From positions 42,681,159-42,745,158 of the forward strand of contig NC_052158.1 of the NCBI RefSeq assembly GCF_902713615.1: a stretch of 64,000 bases of DNA, given 5' to 3'. The first letter of the stretch is position 1. Every line of letters starts with the position of its first letter. The notes below the pieces were generated by a model. That model saw nothing but the letters and a program-made list of their open reading frames with translations, had not been told where the DNA came from and did no database searches. This DNA comes from Scyliorhinus canicula. Lineage: Eukaryota. Made by a program: the position numbers and the translations under genes. Positions 11,940 to 23,310 of the stretch are shown piece by piece.

Positions 11940-12810
11940 GGCCAGCCTTTATTGCCCATCCCTAATTTCCCTTGAGAAGGTGGTGGTGAGCCGCCTTCTT
12001 GAACCGCTGCAGTCCCTGACGTGTAGGTATACCCACAGTGCTGTTAGGGAGGGAGTTCCAGGATGTTGCCCCTGAAACAGTGAAGGAACGATGATATATT
12101 TCCAAGTCAGGGTGGTGGGTGACTTGGTGGGGAACCTCCAGATGGTGGGGTTCCCAGGTACCTGCTGCTCTTGTCCTTCAGGATAGTAGCAGTATTGGGT
12201 TTGGAAGGTGCTGCCGAAGGATCCTTGGTGAGTTCCTGCAGTGCATCATGTAGATGGTACACACGGCTGCTACTGTTTGTCGGTGGTGGAGGGCATGAAT
12301 GGTTTGGAAGGAGGAGCAATCAAGTGGGCTGCTTTGTCCTAGATGGTGTCAAGTTTCTTGGGAGTGGAGAGTAATCTATTACACTCCTGACTTGTTCCTT
12401 GTAGACGGTGGTCAGGCTTTTGGGTTAAGGAGGTGACTGAGACACCTCCTGAAACATCTAACAGATTTTATACTGCAGGATATATACCAATATTTGGGGA
12501 CAGAATAAACCCCAGAAGGTGGTCCATCGTTGTGAAGCATTTGCCTGACAACTGCAGGATTCCTAGCCTTTGACCTGCCCTAGCAGCCACAGTATTAACA
12601 TGGCTAGTCCAGTTCAGTTTCTGATCAATAGTAACCCCAGGATGTTGATACAGTAGTGGGGGATTCAGTGATGGTAATGTCATTGAATGTGAAAGGGGGG
12701 TAGTTTGATTCTCTCTTATTGGAGATGGTCATTGCCTGGCACTTGCATGCATGACTGTAGCTTTCCACTTATCAGGCCAAACCTTGATATTGTCCAGGTC
12801 TTGCTGCATA
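11940..12810 (-). mobile_element. LINE 3' fragment (CR1-like), related to 130-600; mirror ~33230-34080
   Basis: Shared text with 380-600 (agccacagtatt...ggctagtcca...cagtttctg...ccccaggatgttgat) and a typical LINE tail ending in ttattgcccatccctaat. Confidence 0.6.
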
Positions 12811-13125
12811 GGGTGGCATGGTAGCACAGTGGGTACCACTGTTGCTTCACAGCTCCAGGGTCCCAGGTTTGATTCCTGCTTGGATCACTGTCTGTGCGGA
12901 GTCTGCACATTCTCCCCGTGTCTGTGTGGGTTTCCTCCGGGTGCTCCGGTTTCCTCCCACAAGTCCCGAAAGACGTGCTGTTAGGTGAATTGGACATCCT
13001 GAATTCTCCCTCTGTGTACCCGAACAGGTGCCGGAGTGTGGTGACTAGGGGATTTTCATAGTAACTTCATTGCAGTGTTAATGTAAGCCTACTTGTGACA
13101 ATAATAAAGATTATTATTATTATCT
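12810..13125 (+). mobile_element. tRNA-derived SINE (mirror ~32915-33230); a more decayed copy lies at ~10185-10470 (mirror ~35480-35760)
   Basis: A/B boxes, SINE core, and a gtgacaataataaagattattatt tail. Confidence 0.8.
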
Positions 13126-13179
13126 CTGCTGGGTCTGGCCTGCACCGGGCACCCCAAGACTGGATTAATGATAAATTCC

Positions 13180-13700
13180 ATGGGCGGGATTCTCTGGTCA
13201 CCGCACCGAAATCGTACTCGGCAATCGGCTGGAGAATTCCCGTTTCCGACGAAATTGGGAGCGGTGCCGCTTTTGCGATGCTCCGCCCCCTCAAAGCAGC
13301 CTACTCCTGGATTACGTATTAACGGCCTCAGGACGTTGCCTTTGGCCCTCCGCCTGATACTCCGGCCCCGACCAGCCGTTTCCGATGGCATCGGTCGCGT
13401 GTGCTATCATTCTTCGGGAACTCGTTGTGGCGGCTGTGGGCTCAGTTCAGCACTGCCACAGCGGGCGGGGGGCACTTTGGCTGGGGCAGGGGGCATTGTT
13501 GGGAGATGGTCCGTGGCCCACTATTTTGCAGTCCGGGTCGTCAGCCGCGGCCGGCGCCGTGTCGCGTGGTGTGACCGGTGGAGGCCGCCGCCGTGCGCAT
13601 GCGTGAGCACGGACCCGGCAGTTCTCTGGGCCGTATCAGCAGCTAGAGCCGGGTGCTCTATGCTGCTCGGCTGCTAGCCCCCAGCCAAATGGCGGGCAAT
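13180..13700. repeat. GC-rich interspersed repeat (gggcgggattctc... type); mirror ~32320-32855
   Basis: CpG-rich block starting GGGCGGGATTCTC. Related segments occur at ~10480-10730 and ~40840-41010. The family assignment is uncertain. Confidence 0.5.
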
Positions 13701-13755
13701 GTTACAAATGGCAGTGTAAGTGACACACTCTCATCCAATCAAAATGAGTCATTGC

Positions 13756-16700
13756 ATGGAGGTTGGATGTGGGGCTGTTAGCGGAGGAGGAGGTGTGTGA
13801 GCGGGTGAGGGAGGCCATTCGGGGCTGTATAATGATACAGGATCAATGATACCGGTCAGGTTTCAGCGGGGGTGGGGTGGGAGGCACTGAAGGTGGTTAT
13901 CAGGGGAGAATTCATCTCAATTCGGGCCCATAAGGAGAAGACCGAGTGGGCGGAGTTGGACAGATTGGTAGGTGAAATTTTACAGGTGGACAGGAGGTAC
14001 GCGGAATCTCCGGATGATGGGCATCTGAAGGAGCGTCAGAGACTGCAGCTGGAGTTTGGGCTCCTGTCCACAGGTAAGGCGGAGGGACAGCTGAGGAGGG
14101 TAAAGGGGGCGGTGTATGAATATGGGGAAAAAGCCAGCAGGATGCTGGCGCACCAGCTGAGGAAACAGGAGGCGGCGAGAGAGATAGGGAAAGTAAGAGA
14201 TACAGGGGGGAAGGCGATTCTGGATCCGGCGGGAGTTTTCTAGTATGGTGAATGTGTTATACTAACCATTCACCATGTATCACTCTGTACCACGCTGTTG
14301 TCCATGTGGGCTCCACCTATGGACCATTGTAAGGTATTACCCTGTGATATATCATGTTGGTGCCCTTGTGGGCTCCGCCCCTTGAGGGGAGGTATAAAGA
14401 GCAGCTGCCCTGTAGGCGGCTCTCACTAGCCGAACAGTCGCAGGCAGGCTCTGTTCTAGTCGATTAAAGCTACAGTTTACTTCCACTCACTGTCTTGTGT
14501 GAATTGAGGGTCGCATCAATTTAATCGACAACACCTCAATGGAATCGGCCCTCAAACCTGACCGACTGGAACACAATCCACAGGCCGCGGAAGCCAGAGG
14601 GATTTTTTTCGCACTGGCTCCGAGGTTTCGAGGCCTACCTCGCCGTCTCCTACTCGCCTTCCGTCTCCGATAAACAGAAGCTGAGCCTCCTCTACGCCCG
14701 GCTGAGCCATCGAATCTCTGAACAACTCGAGGAAGCCTCCACATACACGGACGCCCTCGCGATGCTGAGGCGCCTATACATAAAGCCCGTGAATGAGGTG
14801 TACGCGCGACACCTCCTCACCACTCGCTGCCAACGCCCCAGGGAATCGCTGGAGAGGTACCTACGCGACCTCAAACTCCTTGCACGAAGTTGCAACTACC
14901 AGGCTGTTATGGCCTCTCGACATAGGGACCTCACCGTCCGGGCGCCTACCTGGCAGGAGTCAGGCCCAACTACGTGAGACAGCGCCTACTCGAGAAAGGT
15001 GCACTCGACCTCGAAGAAAAGGTAACACTAGCCTCCTCGCTAGAAATAGTGTTCCAAAGCCTCAACGAGTTCCCGTCTGAGCACGCGACCCCCTCGTGGA
15101 TCCCCGACCAGAGAGTACCCCAGGCCTGTGCCGCGCGGCTGCCCGCCCAAGCCGGGGGGCTACCCTGCTATTTCTGCGGCCAGCATCAGCACCCCAGGCA
15201 GCGCTGCCCGGAACGGGAACTGCAGTGACTGCGGCAAAAAGGGACACTTCGCCAAAGGTTGCCTGGCCAGGCCCAAATCCTCCAAGTCGCAGACCTGACC
15301 CTCAGACTCACAGGACTGCAGACCCCGCAGTGTGGCTGCTTGCTTGCCAGCTCCGCCCCCTCTGGACGCGTCATCTGCCTCGTGCTGTCCGTGGGGGCAG
15401 CCATCTTCAAGCCGCACAATATGTGCGACTCATGGGGGCCGCCATCTTGGATGCCATCTTCCTCACCACCCGACACGTGCGACCAATAGGGGCAGCCATC
15501 TTGGGACCACCCCATCACCTCCTACCACGCCGGCTACCCGCAACTCGGCGCAATCACCCTCAACCAGTCGTGACCAAAACATCTCCGGAACTCCATGATG
15601 ACCGTCCGGGTCGATGGACACAAAACGCATTGCCTGTTTGACTTTGGGAGCACGGAGAGTTTCATTCACCCAGACACGGTAAGGCGCTGCTCGCTCCAAA
15701 TCTTCCCTGCACGTCAAACAATCTCCCTCATTTCTGGATTGCACTCAGTGCCGATCCAGGGGTACACTGTAGCAAACCTTGCAATACAGGGCGCCGAGTA
15801 CGCCAATTTTAAGCTATATGTACTCCCCGACCTCTGCGCTCCTCTCCTGTTGGGTTGGACTTCCAGTGCAACCTCAGGAGCCAAACCCTGAAGTTTGGCG
15901 GGCTCCTACCCCCACTCACCGTATGTAGCCTCGCGACCCTGAAGGTCGCCCCTGCCCCGCTCTTCCCTGTCCGGGGAGGCTGGTACAGGAATCAAACCGT
16001 GCTGCTGGCCTACCTTGGTCTGCTTTAAAAGTCAGCGGTTAAGCCCAGTGAGCTAAACCAGCCCTCAGGTACAGCCTGTGTAAATGACAGTCCTCCCAAG
16101 ATTGCTGTTGATTTTTCAGTGTCTCCCAATTTTCATCCCTAAGGCATTTTTTAGGAAGATGAATGCGTCGATCTCGGGTTTTATATGGGCTGGGAAAGCC
16201 CAGAGGGTGAAGAAGGTCCTTCTTGAGCAGGGGCGCTGGGAGGGGGGCTTGGCCCTTCTGAACTTTATTAATTACTACTGGGCGGCTAATATATCAATGG
16301 TTAGGAAATGGGTAATGGTGGAGGGTCAGTGTGGGAGCGAGTAGAGGTGACATCTTGCAAGGGCACGTGTTTGAAGGCTTTGTTAACGACACCTCTGCTG
16401 TTCTCGCCGGCTCGGTAGTCCACACGCCCAGTGGTAGTGGCAGCCCTGAGGTTGTGGGGGCAAACGAGGCAGCACATGGGACTGGAGGGGACATCGGTGT
16501 GGTCACCGATCTGTGATAATCACCGGTTCGCTCCGTGGGGGCTGGATGGGGGCTTTAGGAGGTGGCAGTGGGCAGTGATCGACAGATTTGGAGATCCTTT
16601 CATTGAAAATGGTTTCCCGGGTTTGGAGGAGATAGAGGAGGAGTTTGAGTTGCCAGGGGGAGAATGGGTTTCGGTCCTTACAAGTGCGGGATTTTGTCTG

Positions 16701-17314
16701 GAGACAGGTCCTGGGCTTTCCTCGCCTTGCACTAAGGGGGCTACAGGATAATGTGATGTCAAAAACAGGGGTCGGGAAAGGGAAGGGTCTCGGAAATATA
16801 TAAGGACCTGATGGAGTGGGAACAGGTTCCAGTAGATCAGGGAGCCCGGGGGGGGAGAGAGGCCGACATTTTGGCATTTGTCTCTCTGGTGGCCCGGAGA
16901 TGGATTTCACTGGGATGGAGGGACTCGGAGCCTCCAAAGTCAGGGGTGTGGGTCAGTGACATGGCAGGGTTTCTCAGGATGGAGAAGATTAAGTTTGCAT
17001 TAAGGGGTTCACTACAGGGGTTCGCTCGGAGGTGGCAGCCGTTCATCAATGACTTCAAGGAGAATTGACCATCAGCGGGGGAGGGGGGGGGGGGGGTCAG
17101 CGTGGTGGGGGGGCAGAGGCATGAAAGTGATGGATAAGGGTAGGAAATCAGGAAGGGAGAACCGTGGGATGGAGTAGGTACATGGACCATGATAGTTAGT
17201 GTATATATTTGGGGGGAGATGGGTATGTTATTGTGGGGATTTTGTGTGTGTTGGATCTCTTCGTTAAAAATGTTCAAATTATAAATACCTTAATAAAATA
17301 TTTTCTAAAAAAAC
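13756..17314 (+). mobile_element. 5'-truncated, internally deleted L1-clade (L1/Tx1-like) LINE
   Basis: ORF2 remnants (WEALKVVIRGEFIS...YEYGEKASRMLAHQLRK; VLPRLLLIFQCLPIF...GGLAL), an A-rich tail, and a 14-bp TSD AAATGAGTCATTGC (13742-13755/17315-17328). Confidence 0.85.
14244..15965 (+). mobile_element. Second, related Gypsy family: 5' LTR (14244-14518) plus decayed gag-protease, 3'-truncated
   Basis: The LTR begins tatggtgaat and ends gcatca. Gag is homologous to element 1 (PVNEVYARH, RQRLLEKGA) and protease reads CLFDFGST. It is nested in an L1-clade LINE. Confidence 0.85.
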
Positions 17315-17945
17315 AAATGAGTCATTGCTTCAGCAACAAATAAGATGTCAATCGCCTCTGGAATACAGACTGGGGTACAGTGTGTGGTCTGGTCTGGAGA
17401 AGTGTGAATATGGCAGCTATATGTAACCTGATCAATGGGGCCATCCATCCATATCGAGCGCATAGAAATACTGCTGAGTGACCAATTTGAGTAGGTGACA
17501 TGATGGGTGTCCCTGAGCTAGGTGGAGATTCATGGTAATGCTTTCCAGAACATTACATGGAATGATAATGTATTCTCTGATCAAGCCTCACAATGAGTAA
17601 ACCATCTCGAGCAATGGTGGGAACCCTGAGGTAGCGTTTGACACTGAAACACAGCTAGGTTTCTTGGAGTCAACATCTGCGAAGAGTGAAGTTTGCAGAT
17701 TACTGTAGCACCCAACAGCAGGAACATCTGTAACAAGCAGAAACCCCCCCCATTTGACTTTTACACAAGTAATTATGGATTAAGGTATTCCACAGTGATC
17801 TCTATATCTCCAGGCCAATCAAAGACTCCGTGGCTTTCAAGGTTATTGAATTTTCATTGCATCTCAACAGCTTTGTCTCTAGCATACTAGAGCCACTTCT
17901 TAGCTGACTCGACATGACACAGTGAAAACCCAAACATTAGTACCC

Positions 17946-19181
17946 ACTCTCTCCTTTAATCTCTGATCCTCTCTGTCTCCCCCACTCTCTCCTTTAATCT
18001 CTGCTCCTCTCTGTCTGTCTCTCTCTCTCTCCTTCACACTCTGCTCCTCTCTGTCTGTCCCACTCTCTCCTTTAATCTCTGCTCCTCTCTCTCTTTCCCT
18101 CCTTTACTGTCTGCTCCTCTCTGTCTCTCTCTCTCTCTCCTTTAATCTCTGCTCCTCTCTCTCTCTCTCTCTCCTTTACTGTCTGCTCCTCTCTGTCTCT
18201 CTCTATCTCCTTTACTGTCTCCTCCTCTCTGTCTCTCTCTCTCTCCTTTACTGTCTGCTCCTCTCTGTCTCTCTCTCTCCTTTACTGTCTCCTCCTCTCT
18301 GTCTCTCTCTCTCTCCATCACTCTCTGCTCCTCTCTGTCTCTCTCTCTCTCTCCTTTAATCTCTGCTCCTCTCTATCTCTCTCTCTCTCCTTTACTGTCT
18401 GCTCCTCTGTCTCTCTCTCTNNNNNNNNNNNNNNNNNNNNNNNNNNNNNNNNNNNNNNNNNNNNNNNNNNNNNNNNNNNNNNNNNNNNNNNNNNNNNNNN
18501 NNNNNNNNNNNNNNNNNNNNNNNNNNNNNNNNNNNNNNNNNNNNNNNNNNNNNNNNNNNNNNNNNNNNNNNNNNNNNNNNNNNNNNNNNNNNNNNNNNNN
18601 NNNNNNNNNNNNNNNNNNNNNNNNNNNNNNNNNNNNNNNNNNNNNNNNNNNNNNNNNNNNNNNNNNNNNNNNNNNNNNNNNNNNNNNNNNNNNNNNNNNN
18701 NNNNNNNNNNNNNNNNNNNNNNNNNNNNNNNNNNNNNNNNNNNNNNNNNNNNNNNNNNNNNNNNNNNNNNNNNNNNNNNNNNNNNNNNNNNNNNNNNNNN
18801 NNNNNNNNNNNNNNNNNNNNNNNNNNNNNNNNNNNNNNNNNNNNNNNNNNNNNTCTCTGTCTNNNNNNNNNNNNNNNNNNNNNNNNNNNNNNNNNNNNNN
18901 NNNNNNNNNNNNNNNNNNNNNNNNNNNNNNNNNNNNNNNNNNNNNNNNNNNNNNNNNNNNNNNNNNNNNNNNNNNNNNNNNNNNNNNNNNNNCTCTGTCT
19001 CTCGCCCTCTCCTTTAATCTTTGCTCCTCTCTGTCTCTCTCTCTCTCTCTCTCCTTTACTGTCTGCTCCTCTCTGTCTCTCTCTCTCTCTCCTTTACTCT
19101 CTGCTCCTCTCTGACTCTCTCTCTCTCCTTTAATCTCTGCTCCTCTCTGTCTCTCTCTCTCTCCTTTAATCTCTGCTCCTC
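17946..19181. repeat. CT-rich satellite (ctctgctcctctctgtctctctctctcctttact-like) at the inner end of the left arm
   Basis: Polypyrimidine repeats with N runs. It mirrors 26935-28870. Confidence 0.9.
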
Positions 19182-19681
19182 NNNNNNNNNNNNNNNNNNN
19201 NNNNNNNNNNNNNNNNNNNNNNNNNNNNNNNNNNNNNNNNNNNNNNNNNNNNNNNNNNNNNNNNNNNNNNNNNNNNNNNNNNNNNNNNNNNNNNNNNNNN
19301 NNNNNNNNNNNNNNNNNNNNNNNNNNNNNNNNNNNNNNNNNNNNNNNNNNNNNNNNNNNNNNNNNNNNNNNNNNNNNNNNNNNNNNNNNNNNNNNNNNNN
19401 NNNNNNNNNNNNNNNNNNNNNNNNNNNNNNNNNNNNNNNNNNNNNNNNNNNNNNNNNNNNNNNNNNNNNNNNNNNNNNNNNNNNNNNNNNNNNNNNNNNN
19501 NNNNNNNNNNNNNNNNNNNNNNNNNNNNNNNNNNNNNNNNNNNNNNNNNNNNNNNNNNNNNNNNNNNNNNNNNNNNNNNNNNNNNNNNNNNNNNNNNNNN
19601 NNNNNNNNNNNNNNNNNNNNNNNNNNNNNNNNNNNNNNNNNNNNNNNNNNNNNNNNNNNNNNNNNNNNNNNNNNNNNNNNN
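19182..19681. other. Assembly gap of exactly 500 N joining the left arm to the central spacer
   Basis: Counted N run 19182-19681. Other N runs (e.g. 18421-18853, 27839-28090, 43526-43663) have irregular lengths inside low-complexity DNA. Confidence 0.95.
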
Positions 19682-22600
19682 AGCATGGGAGCACAATGGG
19701 GGGCAGCACGGTAGCACAGTGGGGGGCAGCACGGTAGCACAGTGGGGGGCAGCACGGTAGCACAGTGGGGGGCAGCATGGTAGCACAGTGTGGGGGCAGC
19801 ATGGTAGCACAGTGGGGGGGGGGGCAGCACGGTTGCACAGTTGGGCAGCACGGTAGCACAGGGGGGGGGCAGCACCATAGCACAGTGGGGGCCAGCATGG
19901 TAGCACAGTGGGGGCAGCACGGTAGCACAGTGGGGGCAGCACGGTAGCACAGTGGGGGGCAGCACTGGAGCACAGTGGGGGGGCAGCACTGTAGCACAGT
20001 GGGGGCAGCACGGTAGCACAGTGGGGGGCAGCACGGTAGCACAGTGGGGGGGCAGCACGGTAGCACAGTGGGGTGCAGCACAGTAGCACAGTGGGGGCAG
20101 CATGGTGGCACAGTGGGGGGTAGCACGGTTGCACAGTGGGGGGCAGCACGGTAGCACCGTGGGGGCAGCACGGTAGCACAGTGGGGGGCAGCACGGTAGC
20201 ACAGTGGGGGGCAGCACTGGAGCACAGTGGGGGGCAGCACGGTAGCACAGTGGGTGCAGCACGGTAGCACAGTGGGGGGCAGCACGGTAGCACAGTGGGG
20301 GGCAGCACGGTAGCACAGTGGGGTGCAGCACAGTAGCACAGTGGGGGCAGCATGGTGGCACAGTGGGGGGTAGCACGGTTGCACAGTGGGGGGCAGCACG
20401 GTAGCACCGTGGTGGCAGCACGGTAGCACCGTGGGGGCAGCACGGTAGCACAGTGGGGGGCGGCACGGTAGCACAATGGGGGCAGCACGGTAGCACAGTG
20501 GGCAGCATGGTAGCACAGTGGGGGGGGAGCACGGTAGCAAAGTGGTGGGCAGCATGGTAGCACAGTGGGGGCAGCATGGTAGCACAGTGGGGGGGCAAGC
20601 ACGTGGAGCAACAGTGGGGGGCGTCACGGTAAGCACAGTGGGGGGGCAGCACAGTAGTCACAGTGGGGGGAAGCACAGTAGCACCAGTGGGGGGGCAGTA
20701 CCGTAGCACAGTGGGGGCAGCACATTGGGGGCCAGCACGGTAGCACAGTGGGGCAGCAACGGTAGCACAGTGGGGGCAGCATGGGAGCACAGTTGGGGGC
20801 AGCACGGTAGCATCAGTGGGGGGGGCAGCACGGGTGGCACAGTGGGGGGCAGCATAGTAAGGCAAAGTGTGGGGGGCAGCACGTAGCCACAGTTGGGGGG
20901 TAGCATGGGAGCACAGTGGGGGGCAGCATGGTGGCACCGTGAGGTGGCAGCACTGTGGCACAGTGGGGGGGCCAGCATGGTAGCACAGTGGGGGGCAGCA
21001 CGGTAGCACAGTGGGGGCAGCACAGTAGCACAGTGGGGGCAGCACGGTAGCACAGTGGGGGGCAGCACAGTAGCACAGTGGGCGCAGTACGGTAGCACAG
21101 TGGGGGCAGCACAGTAGCACAGTGGGGGGGGCAGCACGGTAGCACAGTGGGGGCAGCACAGTAGCACAGTGGGGGGCAGCACAGTAGCACAGTGGGGAGC
21201 AGCACATTAGCACAGTGGGGGCAGCACAGTAGCACAGTGGGGGGCAGCACAGTAGCACAGTGGGGAGCAGCACATTAGCACAGTGGGGGCAGCACAGTAG
21301 CACAGTGGGGGGCAGCACGGTAGCACAGTGGGGGGGCAGCACGGTAGCACAGTGGGACAGCACAGTAGCACAGTGGGGGGCAGCACAGTAGCACAGTGGG
21401 GGCAGCACAGTAGCACAGTGGGGGGTAGCACGGTAGCACAGTGGGGGGGCAGCACGGTAGCACAGTGGGGTGGCAGCATGGTAGCACAGTGGGGGGCAGC
21501 ACAGTAGCACAGTGGGGGCAGCACGGTAGCACAGTGGGGACAGCACAGTAGCACAGTGGGGACAGCACAGTAGCACAGTGGGGGCAGCACAGTAGCACAG
21601 TGGGGGGCAGCATGGTAGCACAGTGGGGCAGCACAGTAGCACAGTGAGGGGCAGCACAGTAGCACAGTGGGGGCAGCACGGTAGCACAGTGGGGCAGCAC
21701 GGTAGCACAGTGGGGGCAGCACGGTAGCACAGTGGGGGCAGCACGGTAGCACAGTGGGGGGCAGCACAGTAGCACAGTGGGGGGGCAGCACGGTAGCACA
21801 GTGGGGGCAGCACGGTAGCACAGTGGGGGCAGCACGGTAGCACAGTGGGGGCAGCACGGTAGCACAGTGGGGGCAGCACGGTAGCACAGTGGGGGCCGCA
21901 CGGTAGCACAGTGGGGGAAGCATGGTGGCACAGTGGGGGGCAGCATGGTAGCACAGTGGGGGCAGCACGGTAGCACAGTGGGGGCAGCACGGTAGCACAG
22001 TGGGGGGCAGCACGGAGCACAGTGGGGGGCAGCACGGTAGCACAGTGGGGGCAGCACGGTAGCACAGTGGGGGCAGCACGGTAGCACAGTGGGGGGGGCA
22101 GCACGGTAGCACAGTGGGGTGCAGCACAGTAGCACAGTGGGGGGCAGCATGGTGGCACAGTGGGGGGTAGCACGGTTGCACAGTGGGGGGCAGCACGGTA
22201 GCACCGTGGGGGCAGCACGGTAGCACAGTGGGGGCGGCACGGTAGCACCATGGGGGCAGCACGGTAGCACAGTGGGCAGCATGGTAGCACAGTGGGGGGC
22301 AGCACTGGAGCACAGTGGGGGCGTCACGGTAGCACAGTGGGGGGGCAGCACAGTAGCACAGTGGGGGGAAGCACAGTAGCACAGTGGGGGGGCAGCACCG
22401 TAGCACAGTGGGGGGCAGCACATTGGGGGCAGCACGGTAGCACAGTGGGGCAGCACGGTAGCACAGTGGGGGCAGCATGGGAGCACAGTGGGGGCAGCAC
22501 GGTAGCACAGTGGGGGGCAGCACGGTAGCACAGTGGGGGGCAGCACAGTAGCACAGTGGGGGGAAGCACAGTAGCACAGTGGGGGGGCAGCACCGTAGCA

Positions 22601-23310
22601 CAGTGGGGGGCAGCACATTGGGGGCAGCACGGTAGCACAGTGGGGCAGCACGGTAGCACAGTGGGGGCAGCATGGGAGCACAGTGGGGGCAGCACGGTAG
22701 CACAGTGGGGGGCAGCACGGTGGCACAGTGGGGGGCAGCATAGTAGCAAAGTGTGGGGGGCAGCACGGTAGCACAGTGGGGGGTAGCATGGGAGCACAGT
22801 GGGGGGCAGCATGGTGGCACCGTGAGGTGGCAGCACTGTGGCACAGTGGGGGGGCCAGCACGGTAGCACAGTGGGGGGCAGCACGGTAGCACAGTGGGGG
22901 GTAGCACGGTAGCACAGTGGGGGCAGCACGGTAGCACAGTGGGGAGGGGCAGCACGGTAGCACAGTGGGGGGCAGAACGGTAGCACAGTGGGGGGCAGCA
23001 CAGTAGCACAGTGGGGGCAGCATGGGAGCACAGTGGGGGCAGCACGGTAGCACAGTGGGGGGGCAGCATGGTAGCACAGTGGGGGGGGCAGCACGGTAGC
23101 ACAGTGTGGGGCAGCACGTTGGCACAGTGGGAGGGCTGCATGGGAGCACAGTGGGGAGGGGCAGCACGGTAGCACAGTGGGGGGCAGAACGGTAGCACAG
23201 TGGGGGGCAGCACAGTAGCACAGTGGGGGCAGCATGGGAGCACAGTGGGGGCAGCATGGTAGCACAGTGGGGGCAGCACGGTAGCACAGTGGGGGCAGCA
23301 CGGTAGCACA
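19682..23310. repeat. ~22-23-bp G-rich minisatellite (GGGGGCAGCACGGTAGCACAGT)n, roughly 155-160 units
   Basis: Direct reading. The unit equals the 5' end of the adjoining SINE. Confidence 0.95.

Larger units (their letters stand above)
561..19181 (-). repeat. Left arm of a large inverted duplication (homologous to 26935-62950)
   Basis: Colinear reverse-complement match of exon 2, VNTR, Gypsy elements (same TSD), L1 (same TSD), SINEs and unique spacers. Mirrored ORF pairs appear throughout the track. It ends at the 500-N gap. Confidence 0.93.
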
